Assembly: GCA_017308215.1 (NCBI GenBank)
Contig: JAFKFQ010000258.1
Location: 23,412 to 87,411, forward strand
Reading direction: 5' to 3'
Length of the DNA stretch: 64,000 bases
DNA from: a bacterium
Lineage (GTDB): Bacteria; Planctomycetota; Planctomycetia; Gemmatales; Gemmataceae
The position numbers were made by a program, and so were the translations under genes. Positions 20,696 through 30,435 of the stretch are shown piece after piece (positions within the stretch are counted from its first letter, which is position 1; each line of letters opens with the position of its first letter). The notes beneath the pieces are model-generated. The model made no database searches. It was not told the origin of the DNA and was given only the letters and a program-made list of their open reading frames with translations.

Positions 20696-21148
20696 ATGCT
20701 CGTGCGGCTGCTACTCGCGGTGCTGACGGTGGCGGGGCCAGTGCCCATCCGCGTCTGCACGTGCGCGACGGCGGCCGAAACAACGTCGCCCGCTCCTCTT
20801 CCTGGCCCGACCGTTCCGGAGCCCGCCCAAGGGTGCGGCTGCAAGCGGCACCAGGCGGAAGCGGGGTCGGCGGCTGAAGCGTCCGCCCAGATGTCCGGTC
20901 ACGTCCGGTCTGATTCCCACCCCGCGCAGGACCCCGACCAGCACGAGCGCGGGTGCCCCTCGGCGAGCCCCCGCCCGGTCATGACGGAAGGGGCGGCGAC
21001 GGCGGTGGACCCGCCGGCGGATGCCGCTGCTGTTCCGCTGCTCCCGTTCGCCAAGATCCCCGGCAGTCGGCTCCTGATGCCGCCTGACCGCAGCACCTCC
21101 CGGTTACCGCTCCCGATCTACCTGTCCCTGCTCTCCATCCGCATTTAG
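20696..21148 (+). CDS. Cys/His-rich exported leader-type protein (leader 5)
   Basis: VCTC, GCGCKRH, HERGCP; C-terminus LPLPIYLSLLSIRI*. Confidence 0.75.
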   Translation: MLVRLLLAVLTVAGPVPIRVCTCATAAETTSPAPLPGPTVPEPAQGCGCKRHQAEAGSAAEASAQMSGHVRSDSHPAQDPDQHERGCPSASPRPVMTEGAATAVDPPADAAAVPLLPFAKIPGSRLLMPPDRSTSRLPLPIYLSLLSIRI

Positions 21149-21250
21149 CCACAACTCCTCAACCGACGTGTCGTGGGCAAAACCCGCGCGCACCCGTCGT
21201 CTCGTTTCGTCTGCCCGTGTGATCGCCAACTGCTCTTCCCCGAGGGCGTC

Positions 21251-22660
21251 ATGAGCCTCCGTAGGGTCGTCTCCCCACTCGTCACGCTGGCCGTGCTCGG
21301 CGCGGCCGGGTACGCGGCGTACCTGACCCAGGACCGCTGGGTGCCGCTCGTGTTCCCGGCCAAGGCCGCAAAGCCCGCCGGCGGGCACGGAGATCACGCC
21401 GAGGGCGGCGAGGGGCACGCCGACCACGGTGCCCGGGGAGACCGCGTCACGCTCTCCGAGCAGGCTCAGAAGAACCTCGGCCTCGACGTGGACCAGCTCA
21501 CGCCCCAGGAGTACTGGCGGACCATCCTCATCCCGGGCGTCGTGGTGGACCGCCCGGGCGAGACCGACCGCGGGGTGACGTCGAAGGTCGCGGGTGTCGT
21601 CACGGCGATCAACGCCCGGCCGGGCAGCACGGTCAAAGCCGGCGAGTCGCTGTTCACCCTTCAGCTCGCGAGCGAGTTCCTCCAGAGCGCCCAGACGGAC
21701 CTCGTGAAGACGTCGAAGGAGCTGGAGTTCGCAACCCTCGAACGCGACCGCGTCTCGAACCTGGTGAAAAAGGGGACGACCGCCGAGGCGGAACTCCTCA
21801 AGCAGCAGAGCGTCGTCGACCGCCTCATCACGCAGCTAAACGGCTCCCGCCGCCAACTCCAGGTCTTCGGCCTCACACCGATGCAGGTGACGAAGGTCGA
21901 GAAGGGGGAGGTCATCACCGAGGTGACGATCCCGGCCCCGGCACCGACCCCGACGCCGGGCGAGGGGAGTGCGGCGCCGTCGCTGTTCGAAGTGCAGGAG
22001 CTGAAGGTCAATCTCGGCGACCAGGTCACGGCCGGGCAGACGCTCTGCCTGCTCGCGAATCACCAGCGACTGTTCGTCGAGGGGCGGGCGTTCCGGTCGG
22101 AGGCAGACGCACTCGCCGCCGCGGCCGAACGAAAGACGCCGGTGCGGGCCGAGTTCGCAGACGAGGTGCCCGGGGCGTGGCCGCCGCAACCGCCGCTCAC
22201 CATCCACCACCTCGCGAACCAGGTAGACGCCGCCACCCGGACCTTCGGGTTCTACCTACCACTTGAGAACGTGCCACGGACGTTCGAGCGGGACGGGAAG
22301 ACGCACTTCGCCTGGCGCTACCGGCCGGGCCAGCGGGTGCGGCTGTACCTGCCGGTCGAGAAGCTCGTCACCCTCGCCCCGGATGGGAAGACCGAGATGC
22401 TTCCGTTCGTCCTCCCCGCCGGGGCCGTGGCCCGGGAGGGCGGCGAGGCCTTCGTGTTCATCCAGTCCGGCGACGCCTTCATCCGGAAGCCGGTCCGGGT
22501 GCTCTACGCCGACCGCTCGGACGTGGTGATCGCAAACGACGGGAGCGTCTCGCAGGTCGAGTACGTCGTTCGCAACCAGGCCGCGGCGATCAACCGCGCG
22601 GTGAAGGCCCAGTCCGCCGGCGGCGGGGGCGACCCGCACGCCGGCCACTCCCACGATTAA
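21251..22660 (+). CDS. RND efflux periplasmic adaptor, His-rich termini
   Basis: N-terminal TM, HGDH...HADH, PGVVVDRPG; ends HAGHSHD; paralog of 40086..41477. Confidence 0.9.
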   Translation: MSLRRVVSPLVTLAVLGAAGYAAYLTQDRWVPLVFPAKAAKPAGGHGDHAEGGEGHADHGARGDRVTLSEQAQKNLGLDVDQLTPQEYWRTILIPGVVVDRPGETDRGVTSKVAGVVTAINARPGSTVKAGESLFTLQLASEFLQSAQTDLVKTSKELEFATLERDRVSNLVKKGTTAEAELLKQQSVVDRLITQLNGSRRQLQVFGLTPMQVTKVEKGEVITEVTIPAPAPTPTPGEGSAAPSLFEVQELKVNLGDQVTAGQTLCLLANHQRLFVEGRAFRSEADALAAAAERKTPVRAEFADEVPGAWPPQPPLTIHHLANQVDAATRTFGFYLPLENVPRTFERDGKTHFAWRYRPGQRVRLYLPVEKLVTLAPDGKTEMLPFVLPAGAVAREGGEAFVFIQSGDAFIRKPVRVLYADRSDVVIANDGSVSQVEYVVRNQAAAINRAVKAQSAGGGGDPHAGHSHD

Positions 22661-22672
22661 CTGGAGCCGCCC

Positions 22673-25600
22673 GTGCTAAACGCCGCGATCAAGTTCTCGC
22701 TCCGCCACCGGCCGCTCATCGTGGTCGTGTGCCTCGTCGCACTCGGCTACGGCGCGTTCCTCGCCGCCCGGATGCCGATCGACGTGTTCCCGGACTTGGA
22801 CCGCCCGCGGGTGGTGGTCATGACCGAGTGCCCCGGCCTAGCGCCGGAAGAGGTCGAGACGCTCGTCTCGTACCCGCTGGAGTCGGCCTTGCTCGGTGCG
22901 ACAGGCGTGCGAGACGTGCGCAGCCAGTCCGGGTTCGGTCTCTCGGTGGTGTACGTCGAGTTCGGGTGGGAGGTAGACATCCGCACCGCCCGGCAGACGG
23001 TGCAGGAGCGGTTGACCACCGTCGCCGGGGATTTGCCCGAAGGGGTCCGCCCGCAGATGGCACCCATCAGTTCGATCATGGGCCAGTTCATGATCGCCGG
23101 GATGCGGCGGCAACCGGGGCCGAAGGGCGGAGAACTCGCCGCGGTGCCCGACACCTCGCTCTACGTGGAGCGAGTCCCCGGCGCCGAGGGGAGCGATCCG
23201 TCGCTCTTTGCGTGGAAGGCCGGTGACCGCCGCGACTTCACGACGTGGGAGCCGGTCTCTGTTTCGGTGCCGACATGGCAGCAGGCATCATCCGACGGAT
23301 CGCGGACGGTACGCGCGACCATCGGCGGGCAGTCGCGGGAGGTGGTATTCCAGTCCGACGCGCAGCGCCAACTCGCGCTCCGCACACTCGCCGACTGGGC
23401 CGTGCGTCCGCGGCTCTTGAAGACCAGTGGCATCGCCCAAGTTATTGCGATGGGCGGCGGGCGGAAGCAGTACCAAGTGCTCGTCGACCCGGTGAAGCTC
23501 TCCGAGTACGGGGTCTCGCTCCAAGACGTCGAGGGGTCGCTCCGCGCGAACAACGTCAACCACACCGGCGGGTTCTCCGTGGCCGGCGGGTTCGAGACGC
23601 CGATCCGCGTCATCGGCCGGCTCGGGCCGGACACGAAGCAAGTCGTTTCCGACCTGCAACTCATCACTGTAAAGCCTCCCGAGAAGCACGAGCCGGGCCG
23701 CCCGCTCGGCCGCCCGGTGTTGCTCCGCGACGTGGCGCGGGTGACCGAAGGCGCCCAGGTCAAGCGCGGGGACTCGACCGTAAACGGCTACCCCGCGGTC
23801 GCGCTCACCATCACCAAGCAGCCGCACGTGGACACCCGCGACCTGACCGACCGGGTCAAGGCCGCCCTCCGCGACACGGAGAAGACGCTGCCGCCGGACG
23901 TGCTGGTCGAGACCGACCTGTACCAGCTCCGCGACTTCATCGACCGCGGCGTGTTCAACGTCGGCGAGGCACTGGTCGTCGGCGCCGTGCTGGTCCTCAT
24001 CATCCTGTTCCTGTTCCTGATGAACCTCCGCACCACGTTCATCTCGCTCTCCGCCATCCCGCTGTCTCTCGCGCTCACGGTGTTGGTCTTTAAGTTCGTG
24101 GGACTCATCACCGGCGTCGAGCTTTCGATCAATGTGATGACGCTGGGCGGGATCGCGGTGGCGATGGGCGAACTCGTCGACGACGCCATCGTGGACGTGG
24201 AGAACATCTACCGCCGGCTCGGCGAGAACAGCCAGCTTCCGAACCCGCGGCCCGCGCTGAAGGTGATTTACGACGCGAGCGTCGAGATCCGCTCGGCGAT
24301 CGTCTTCGGCACGGCGCTCGTCATCCTGGTGTTCCTCCCGCTCTTCGCGCTCTCGGGCATTGAGGGCCGGCTGTTCACTCCGCTGGGGATCGCCTACATC
24401 GTGTCGATCATGGCGTCGCTGGTGGTGTCCATCTGCGTCACGCCGGTCCTCTCGTACTACCTCCTCGGCAGGTCGGACGCGTCCCACGCCCACGGGGACG
24501 GTTTCCTCCTTCGCGTGCTCAAGTGGTTCGGGGCGCACCTCATCCGGTTCAGCATCCGCCGGCAGGTTGCCATCCAGGTCGTCACCTGGCTGCTGGTCGG
24601 ATACGCCGCGTGGCGGCTGACGACGATCGGCGCGGACTTCCTCCCGCCGTTCGACGAGGGGACGGTCCAGGTGAACGTGACGCTCCCGTCTGGCGCGTCG
24701 CTCGACGCCTCGAACGCCGCCACAAAGATGGTGGACGACAAGTTCCGGACGCTCCAGAAGTCCGCAGCAAATCCGAAGGGAGAGATCCTCGCGTTCCTCC
24801 GCCGCACCGGGCGGGCGGAGATGGACGAGCACGCCGAGCCGCCGAACGCGAACGAGTACTTCGTGGTCATCAACCCCGAGAGCGGGAAGTCGCGCAAGGA
24901 AGTCATCGGCCAGTTGCAGACGGACGTGAAGGCCGAAGTGCCGGGGGTTGACGTGGAGGTCGAGCAGCCGCTCGCCCACCTGATCAGCCACATGATCTCG
25001 GGGAGCACGGCGCAGATTGCCATCAAGGTGACCGGCGACGACCTGGACACGCTGGAGAAGGTGGCGAACCAGGAGGTCCACGTCAAACTCCGCCCCGAGG
25101 CGCTCGCGTTCTACGGCGTAGACCGCGCGTCGGTCGGGAACTTCGTGCAGGTGGCGCTAAACGGCGAGGTGGTGTCGCAGGTGGTCGAGGGGCAGCGGCG
25201 CTTCGACCTGCTCGTCCGGCTGGAAGAGCCGTACCGGGCGGACGTGGCGAACCTCGGCGAGCTCCGGTTCGATCTGCCCGGGGGGCGGGAGCAGGTGCGG
25301 TTGAAGGACTTGGCCGACATCACCCCGCCGACCGGCGGCGACGCCGGGGCGAACCAGGTCAAGCGGGACAACGCCCGTCGCAGGATCGTGATCCGGTGTA
25401 ACGCCCTCGGCCGAGACCTGGCCTCGGTGGTCGGCGACATCGAACGAGTGGTCGCGGCCGACGTGCCGATGCCCGAGGGGTACGCGGTCGAGTACGGCGG
25501 GCAGTTCCAGAGTCAGAAAGAAGCGACCCGGCTCATCACCGTCCTCTCGGCGGTGTCGGTGGTCGGCATGTTCTTCGTGCTCTACATGCTGTTCCCGTCC

Positions 25601-26179
25601 GGCCGGATCGTGGCACAAATTCTCACGGCGGTGCCGACCGCGTTCGTCGGCGGAGTCTTCGCGCTCGTCCTCAGCGGGCAGACGCTGACGGTGGCGAGCC
25701 TGGTCGGGTTCATCTCCCTCGGCGGGATCGCCGCCAGAAACGGCATTCTGCTCGTCACGCACTACCTGCACCTGATGCGGCACGAGGGGGAGAAGTTCGA
25801 CGAGAAGATGGTGCTCCGCGGCAGCCTGGAACGGCTCTCGCCGGTCTTAATGACGGCGCTCACGGCCGGGATCGCGCTCGTCCCGCTGGTGGTGGTCGGG
25901 CAGGAGCCGGGGCGGGAGATTCTCTACCCGGTTGCCACCGTCATCCTCGGCGGGCTCATCACGTCCACGTTCTGCGAGTTCCTCATCCGGCCCGGGCTGT
26001 TCCTGCGCTTCAGCGGGAAGGACGCGGTGGCTCTCGCCGCCGCCGACGAAGCAGCAGACGGCCTGGACGACGAATCCCACCCGGTGCCGGCGGCGCCTCA
26101 CGCGCCCGCCCCGCACGACGAACACACCCCGCCGGCACCGGCCGCGGGGCACGAGCCGCGGCCCCATCCGGGGTCGTGA
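22673..26179 (+). CDS. Heavy-metal RND permease (CusA/CzcA family)
   Basis: IDVFPDLDRP, TM4 AVAMGELVDDAIVDVEN, ERLSPVLMTA; apparent 23-aa in-frame deletion near 25072. Confidence 0.92.
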   Translation: MLNAAIKFSLRHRPLIVVVCLVALGYGAFLAARMPIDVFPDLDRPRVVVMTECPGLAPEEVETLVSYPLESALLGATGVRDVRSQSGFGLSVVYVEFGWEVDIRTARQTVQERLTTVAGDLPEGVRPQMAPISSIMGQFMIAGMRRQPGPKGGELAAVPDTSLYVERVPGAEGSDPSLFAWKAGDRRDFTTWEPVSVSVPTWQQASSDGSRTVRATIGGQSREVVFQSDAQRQLALRTLADWAVRPRLLKTSGIAQVIAMGGGRKQYQVLVDPVKLSEYGVSLQDVEGSLRANNVNHTGGFSVAGGFETPIRVIGRLGPDTKQVVSDLQLITVKPPEKHEPGRPLGRPVLLRDVARVTEGAQVKRGDSTVNGYPAVALTITKQPHVDTRDLTDRVKAALRDTEKTLPPDVLVETDLYQLRDFIDRGVFNVGEALVVGAVLVLIILFLFLMNLRTTFISLSAIPLSLALTVLVFKFVGLITGVELSINVMTLGGIAVAMGELVDDAIVDVENIYRRLGENSQLPNPRPALKVIYDASVEIRSAIVFGTALVILVFLPLFALSGIEGRLFTPLGIAYIVSIMASLVVSICVTPVLSYYLLGRSDASHAHGDGFLLRVLKWFGAHLIRFSIRRQVAIQVVTWLLVGYAAWRLTTIGADFLPPFDEGTVQVNVTLPSGASLDASNAATKMVDDKFRTLQKSAANPKGEILAFLRRTGRAEMDEHAEPPNANEYFVVINPESGKSRKEVIGQLQTDVKAEVPGVDVEVEQPLAHLISHMISGSTAQIAIKVTGDDLDTLEKVANQEVHVKLRPEALAFYGVDRASVGNFVQVALNGEVVSQVVEGQRRFDLLVRLEEPYRADVANLGELRFDLPGGREQVRLKDLADITPPTGGDAGANQVKRDNARRRIVIRCNALGRDLASVVGDIERVVAADVPMPEGYAVEYGGQFQSQKEATRLITVLSAVSVVGMFFVLYMLFPSGRIVAQILTAVPTAFVGGVFALVLSGQTLTVASLVGFISLGGIAARNGILLVTHYLHLMRHEGEKFDEKMVLRGSLERLSPVLMTALTAGIALVPLVVVGQEPGREILYPVATVILGGLITSTFCEFLIRPGLFLRFSGKDAVALAAADEAADGLDDESHPVPAAPHAPAPHDEHTPPAPAAGHEPRPHPGS

Positions 26180-26217
26180 TGACGGAGAGTCCGGGTTACC
26201 CACAGGAGGACGACGCG

Positions 26218-26655
26218 ATGCGGAAGATGCTCGGGCTGGGCCTGGTCGGGTTGATCGGCGTGTTGGGCGTGGGGGCGGTCGGCTCCGCCCAGGACCACCA
26301 CGAGGGGCCGCACAAGGGCATCCTGGTGGAGTGGGGCGACGAGGAGTACCACCCGGAGATCGTCGTGGACCAGAAGGCGGGGGCGGTGACGGTGTACGTC
26401 TACGGGAACCACGACGACCTCCACAAGAAGAAGCTGAAGGCCATCGACTCGAAGAGCCTGACCCTGCTCCTGAAGAACACCACGCCGCCGACGGCGGTGA
26501 AGCTTGAGCCGGCGCCGGAGAAGACCGACCCGAAGGGCTCCTCGACCCGCTTCGTCGGCAAGTCCGACGTGTTCACCAAGGCGGTGAAGTGGGAGGGGAC
26601 GATCAGCGGGAAGGTCGGGACCAAGCCGTACTCGGGCGACTTCAAGCAGAAGTAA
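26218..26655 (+). CDS. Secreted putative metal-binding protein (GPHxG family)
   Basis: GGAGGA RBS, signal peptide, DHHEGPHKG...YHPEIVVD. Confidence 0.8.
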   Translation: MRKMLGLGLVGLIGVLGVGAVGSAQDHHEGPHKGILVEWGDEEYHPEIVVDQKAGAVTVYVYGNHDDLHKKKLKAIDSKSLTLLLKNTTPPTAVKLEPAPEKTDPKGSSTRFVGKSDVFTKAVKWEGTISGKVGTKPYSGDFKQK

Positions 26656-26767
26656 GGGCTTGGTCGGCGTGGTGCCGACCGGAGCGTGATCGGGGCTCGG
26701 GCTCGATGAGGGTTCCACGCACTTCCGCCGGTGGCGACAGCCGGAGAGTCGCCGCCGGGTCGTGCGG

Positions 26768-27622
26768 TCAGAGCGAGTAAGCGTTTAGCCCGTCGAGAGA
26801 GTGCGGATCAAACCGCACTCTCCGCACTGGCCCGAGGCCGAGTGCGGCGTGCAGGTAGAGATCGATCCAGTTGAGAACAGCAACTGCCACAGCGCGGCAG
26901 TCTTCTGCGGCCTTCCCCGAGTAACTCGTTCCCGACAGCGTGCCGTCGTGGATGAGGTCGTTCCGCATGTTTTTGAAGTCGTGCGAGAGGACTGGCAGGC
27001 CGTAGCGATTGGCCGCGGCGGCGACGTATTTGAAGAAACTCGGCTTCTTCTTTTTCGGAATCGGCAACGTCCGCATCTCGGTCGCGGCGATGGTCTGGAG
27101 AACAGTAGTGGCGCTCAGGTAGAGGTCTTCGAGCGACCAGCAGGAGAGGCTGTCTAGCCAGTGGTGAACGAGGAGAATCGCTTTCTCCCGCCGTCCGAAC
27201 GCTCGGTAGCCGTGAAGGAATGCTTCGAGGAGAGTCTTGAACTCGTGCTCGTCGTTCACGACCGGGTTCACGCCGGCCCACGAACGCTCGCGCGGGAAAT
27301 GCTCGCCGACCTGGAAGAACTGCACCGCAGAGTGCTGCGTCGTCGTGCTCATCGTGACAGCGTGGCCGGTCGCGTAGGTGGCGCCGAGGCAGAGCGAGAG
27401 CATCTCGTCGACCGACTGGCCGAGAACGGCGGCACCGGCCGCGTGCGACGCGGGGTGTACTGCGAGGTAGGTCTCGGCGGACTTGTGCTGCGTGAGGATT
27501 GCGTCCTTCGCCGCTGCGTAGCCTGTGGCGGCAGTGAAGACCCAGTCGCCGTTCAGTCCGACGATGGTGACCGTCTGCGGGTCACCCGGGAGGAGGAGAT
27601 TTACAACTCGAAAGCCAATCAT
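26768..27622 (-). CDS. HEPN-domain protein (ApeA/MAE_28990-like architecture), putative anti-phage RNase
   Basis: MRNDLIHDG RxxxxH motif preceded by LEDLYLSATTVLQ helix; AGGAG RBS. Confidence 0.7.
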   Translation of the reverse strand: MIGFRVVNLLLPGDPQTVTIVGLNGDWVFTAATGYAAAKDAILTQHKSAETYLAVHPASHAAGAAVLGQSVDEMLSLCLGATYATGHAVTMSTTTQHSAVQFFQVGEHFPRERSWAGVNPVVNDEHEFKTLLEAFLHGYRAFGRREKAILLVHHWLDSLSCWSLEDLYLSATTVLQTIAATEMRTLPIPKKKKPSFFKYVAAAANRYGLPVLSHDFKNMRNDLIHDGTLSGTSYSGKAAEDCRAVAVAVLNWIDLYLHAALGLGPVRRVRFDPHSLDGLNAYSL

Positions 27623-27884
27623 GGTTCGCACTCCTGATTCTCCGCGGGCACGCTAGGTCAGCGAGCGACAAGTTGCAAACGGCACATCCGCGGTGAGGCC
27701 TATCGGCGATCACGGAAGTACGGGTTTGGATGGGTGACGATGAGAGTGATGGCCCCTCGGGTACGTTCGCGTGGAGCTCCTCGCCCTTTTCCACCACGCT
27801 GATCCGACCCGTTGCAGGGGATGGCGCGATGTCGGACTATCAGCCGCGGATTGCAGGTGTCATGACGTCGGGGGAGGGGAACGA

Positions 27885-28352
27885 ATGGACTGGGGGCTTG
27901 AGCTTCAGATGGCGGTTCGAGTTGTGGCCGCAGCAGGGCTTGGCGGTTTCGTCGGGTGGGAGCGGCACTGGCACGGCCGGGAGGCCGGGATCCGAACGTA
28001 TGCGGCGGTCGCCGTCGGGGCGTGCGTGTACGCGCTGATCTCGACGCACGTGACGGGCGGGAACAACCCGCACGTCATCCCGGCCGGTGTCGTAACCGGG
28101 ATCGGGTTTCTCGGCGCCGGCGTCATCGTGCGAGAGAAACAGAACATTGCCGGCCTGACGACTGCCGCCACGCTTTGGGCGACTGCCTCTGTGGGTCTCG
28201 CGGTGGGATACGGGATGTACATGCTGGGCACCCTCGTCTCGCTCATCGTCTTCGGTCTTCTCGCCGCGCACCACCTGCCGGGCTGGGATCGACTCACGTG
28301 TAACCCCGCAACACCATCGGGCGAGAACGGCCCGACGGCGCGAGGGGAATGA
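27885..28352 (+). CDS. mgtC: MgtC/SapB family membrane protein
   Basis: GWERxxxxREAGIRT, VTGIGFLGAG, GLTTAATLW. Confidence 0.9.
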   Translation: MDWGLELQMAVRVVAAAGLGGFVGWERHWHGREAGIRTYAAVAVGACVYALISTHVTGGNNPHVIPAGVVTGIGFLGAGVIVREKQNIAGLTTAATLWATASVGLAVGYGMYMLGTLVSLIVFGLLAAHHLPGWDRLTCNPATPSGENGPTARGE

Positions 28353-28439
28353 CGAAATGGTTCTCGCCCTGGGCCTGCGAATAGTTGCTTTATCTCCCGC
28401 GCGCGGTTTGTCGCTCGCCGGGCAGTTAGGGGATCAGCC

Positions 28440-29333
28440 ATGAGCGAGATGTTGTCCGTCACCGCGAAGAACCGTCGCTCGCTCTGGATCGTCTTCGGAC
28501 TGACGTTCACCTTCTTCCTGGTCGAGGTGATCGGCGGTGTGCTGACGAACAGCCTCGCCCTCCTCGCCGACGCCGCGCACATGCTGACCGATGTCGGTGG
28601 TCTCGGCCTGGCGCTCTTCGCGGCGTGGATGTCGTCGAAGCCGGCAACGCCGCAGCGGACCTACGGCTACTACCGCGTCGAGATCCTGGCCGCACTGTCA
28701 AACGCGGTCGTTCTCTTCCTGATGTCGTTCTTCATCCTCTACGAGGCCTACCGCCGGTTCCAGGAACCGCCCGAGGTCGCGAGCCTGCCGATGCTCGCCG
28801 TTGCCGCCGTCGGTCTCGTCGTGAACATGGTCGGCATCGCTCTGCTCAGGAGGACTTCCGGGGACAGCTTGAACATGCAGGGGGCTTACCTGGAAGTCGT
28901 CAGCGACTTGCTCGGATCGGTAGGCGTGATCGTGGCCGCGGTGGTGATCTGGGCGACCGGCTGGTACACCGCCGACGCGGTGTTCAGCGTCGTCATCGGC
29001 CTGTTCATCCTGCCCCGGACGTGGGGACTGATGAAGCAGGCCGTGAACGTGCTCATGGAGGCAACTCCCGCGCACATCAACCTCGCGGAGCTGGAGCGCG
29101 TGATGCTCGCGGTCGAAGGTGTTGCTTCCGTTCACGACCTCCACGTCTGGACCATCACCTCCGGCATCGACGCGATGAGCGCTCACGTGGTTCTGGCGTC
29201 GGGCCTAACTCCCTCGGTCTCGGAAGTTGTGGCCGAGCAGGTCGCCGGACGGGTGAAGGAGAGCTTCAGCATTGGCCACACCACGATCCAAGTCGAGCGC
29301 GCGGACCGGAGAGCGAGTGAGCCGTCGCTCTGA
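28440..29333 (+). CDS. czcD: Cation diffusion facilitator (CzcD/ZitB)
   Basis: SLALLADAAHMLTD, TYGYYRVE, VHDLHVW, HTTIQVE. Confidence 0.93.
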   Translation: MSEMLSVTAKNRRSLWIVFGLTFTFFLVEVIGGVLTNSLALLADAAHMLTDVGGLGLALFAAWMSSKPATPQRTYGYYRVEILAALSNAVVLFLMSFFILYEAYRRFQEPPEVASLPMLAVAAVGLVVNMVGIALLRRTSGDSLNMQGAYLEVVSDLLGSVGVIVAAVVIWATGWYTADAVFSVVIGLFILPRTWGLMKQAVNVLMEATPAHINLAELERVMLAVEGVASVHDLHVWTITSGIDAMSAHVVLASGLTPSVSEVVAEQVAGRVKESFSIGHTTIQVERADRRASEPSL

Positions 29334-29419
29334 CGGGCGATGTCGAGGAGCCGAGCCCCGCGCCGCCCGCGCGACTAGCCACGACTCACGGGTGGCTCCG
29401 TGTTTTCGCCAACTGGCCG

Positions 29420-29767
29420 CTAACGGAACCTCCGGCGAGTGATCCGAAGTCGCTTCCTCCGGAAACGAAACCTTCTGCGGCGAAACCTCCGCCCAGAACG
29501 CCTCTTCCCTGACCGAAAAGCCCGCCGCGCTCTGCCGCGGCGGTTGCCAAACCGGTTGAGGTGAAAGCCGGTCACGGACCGGAAGCGGCCGCTGCCGACT
29601 CCGCGGGATCCGTACTCAAGCCCGCAATTCCCTGAAGCACAAGGATCAACGGGTGGCGCTCCTTGCGGCGGGGCTGCTCCGAACCCGTCCGGTTCCGCCT
29701 GAACCCTTCTCGCAAGAAGGGAAACGCCGAGCAGCAGCCCGCCGACGATGAATTGTCTTCGCAACAT
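29420..29767 (-). CDS. Exported small protein with extremely Arg-rich tail
   Basis: AGAGG RBS; MLRRQFI Tat-like signal ending VQA; CxxxxC; C-terminus RRFRRRRFRFRRKRLRITRRRFR. Confidence 0.65.
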   Translation of the reverse strand: MLRRQFIVGGLLLGVSLLARRVQAEPDGFGAAPPQGAPPVDPCASGNCGLEYGSRGVGSGRFRSVTGFHLNRFGNRRGRARRAFRSGKRRSGRRFRRRRFRFRRKRLRITRRRFR

Positions 29768-29941
29768 TTTAATGTCCTCTCTTCGCTTGGGCGAAGGCAA
29801 AGGGCCTCGCACCCATCGATGCGTGAATGAATGCCGCTCCGGCACACGGAGTGTGTTGACGCGACCGCGAGACAGGTGAAGCTGCGACCCGTGCGGCAGG
29901 AGTTGTTCAGTGAGTGGAAACGAGAATCGCCCCGTTTCCGA

Positions 29942-30337
29942 TCACGAGGCGGGAGGCGCGTTCGGAGAGTTAGTCAGGCATGTGACTGCGGGACGTGACG
30001 GTGGCGGAATGCTCTCAACCGGATCCGGGTCGGAGCGTAAGGGTGAAGCCGTCGAGAACTCCGGTAACAGCGGGGCGAAGAACGGCGTGGGTAGGATGAA
30101 CACTTCTGGGGCGGTCGGGTTCATCACTTCCGGCGCGCTGGCCGTGGTGCATGCCGGACAGTCGCCACAATCTAGCGGGGCTGGTTGGGTGTTTCCCGTT
30201 CCGGGTAGTCCGCAGCACTGGTGAGCGGCCGCGTTCGAGACTTGTGCGAGCGCGGCTTCGCAGACGCCTGAGTGAAGCGCGGTAACGATCCAGACCACTG
30301 CGAGGACGAGCGCACGGGCTGTCCGAGGAGGAAACAT
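29942..30337 (-). CDS. DUF2946-like leader protein (leader 6) with CxxC and C-terminal NAPP
   Basis: TM N-terminus, HQCC, DCGDCPAC, C-terminus SPNAPPAS*. Confidence 0.75.
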   Translation of the reverse strand: MFPPRTARALVLAVVWIVTALHSGVCEAALAQVSNAAAHQCCGLPGTGNTQPAPLDCGDCPACTTASAPEVMNPTAPEVFILPTPFFAPLLPEFSTASPLRSDPDPVESIPPPSRPAVTCLTNSPNAPPAS

Positions 30338-30405
30338 ACAAGTCACTCGTGCGAGGTCCGTCGGCTTGCGGCGCGACCGAGATTCGGACCAACGCATGTA
30401 CTTGT

Positions 30406-30435
30406 TATGCAACCACAATGAGCCGTGGTTGCATA
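30406..30435. promoter_or_regulatory. 11-8-11 palindrome, candidate operator
   Basis: TATGCAACCAC-aatgagcc-GTGGTTGCATA, about 70 nt upstream of leader 6. Confidence 0.5.
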
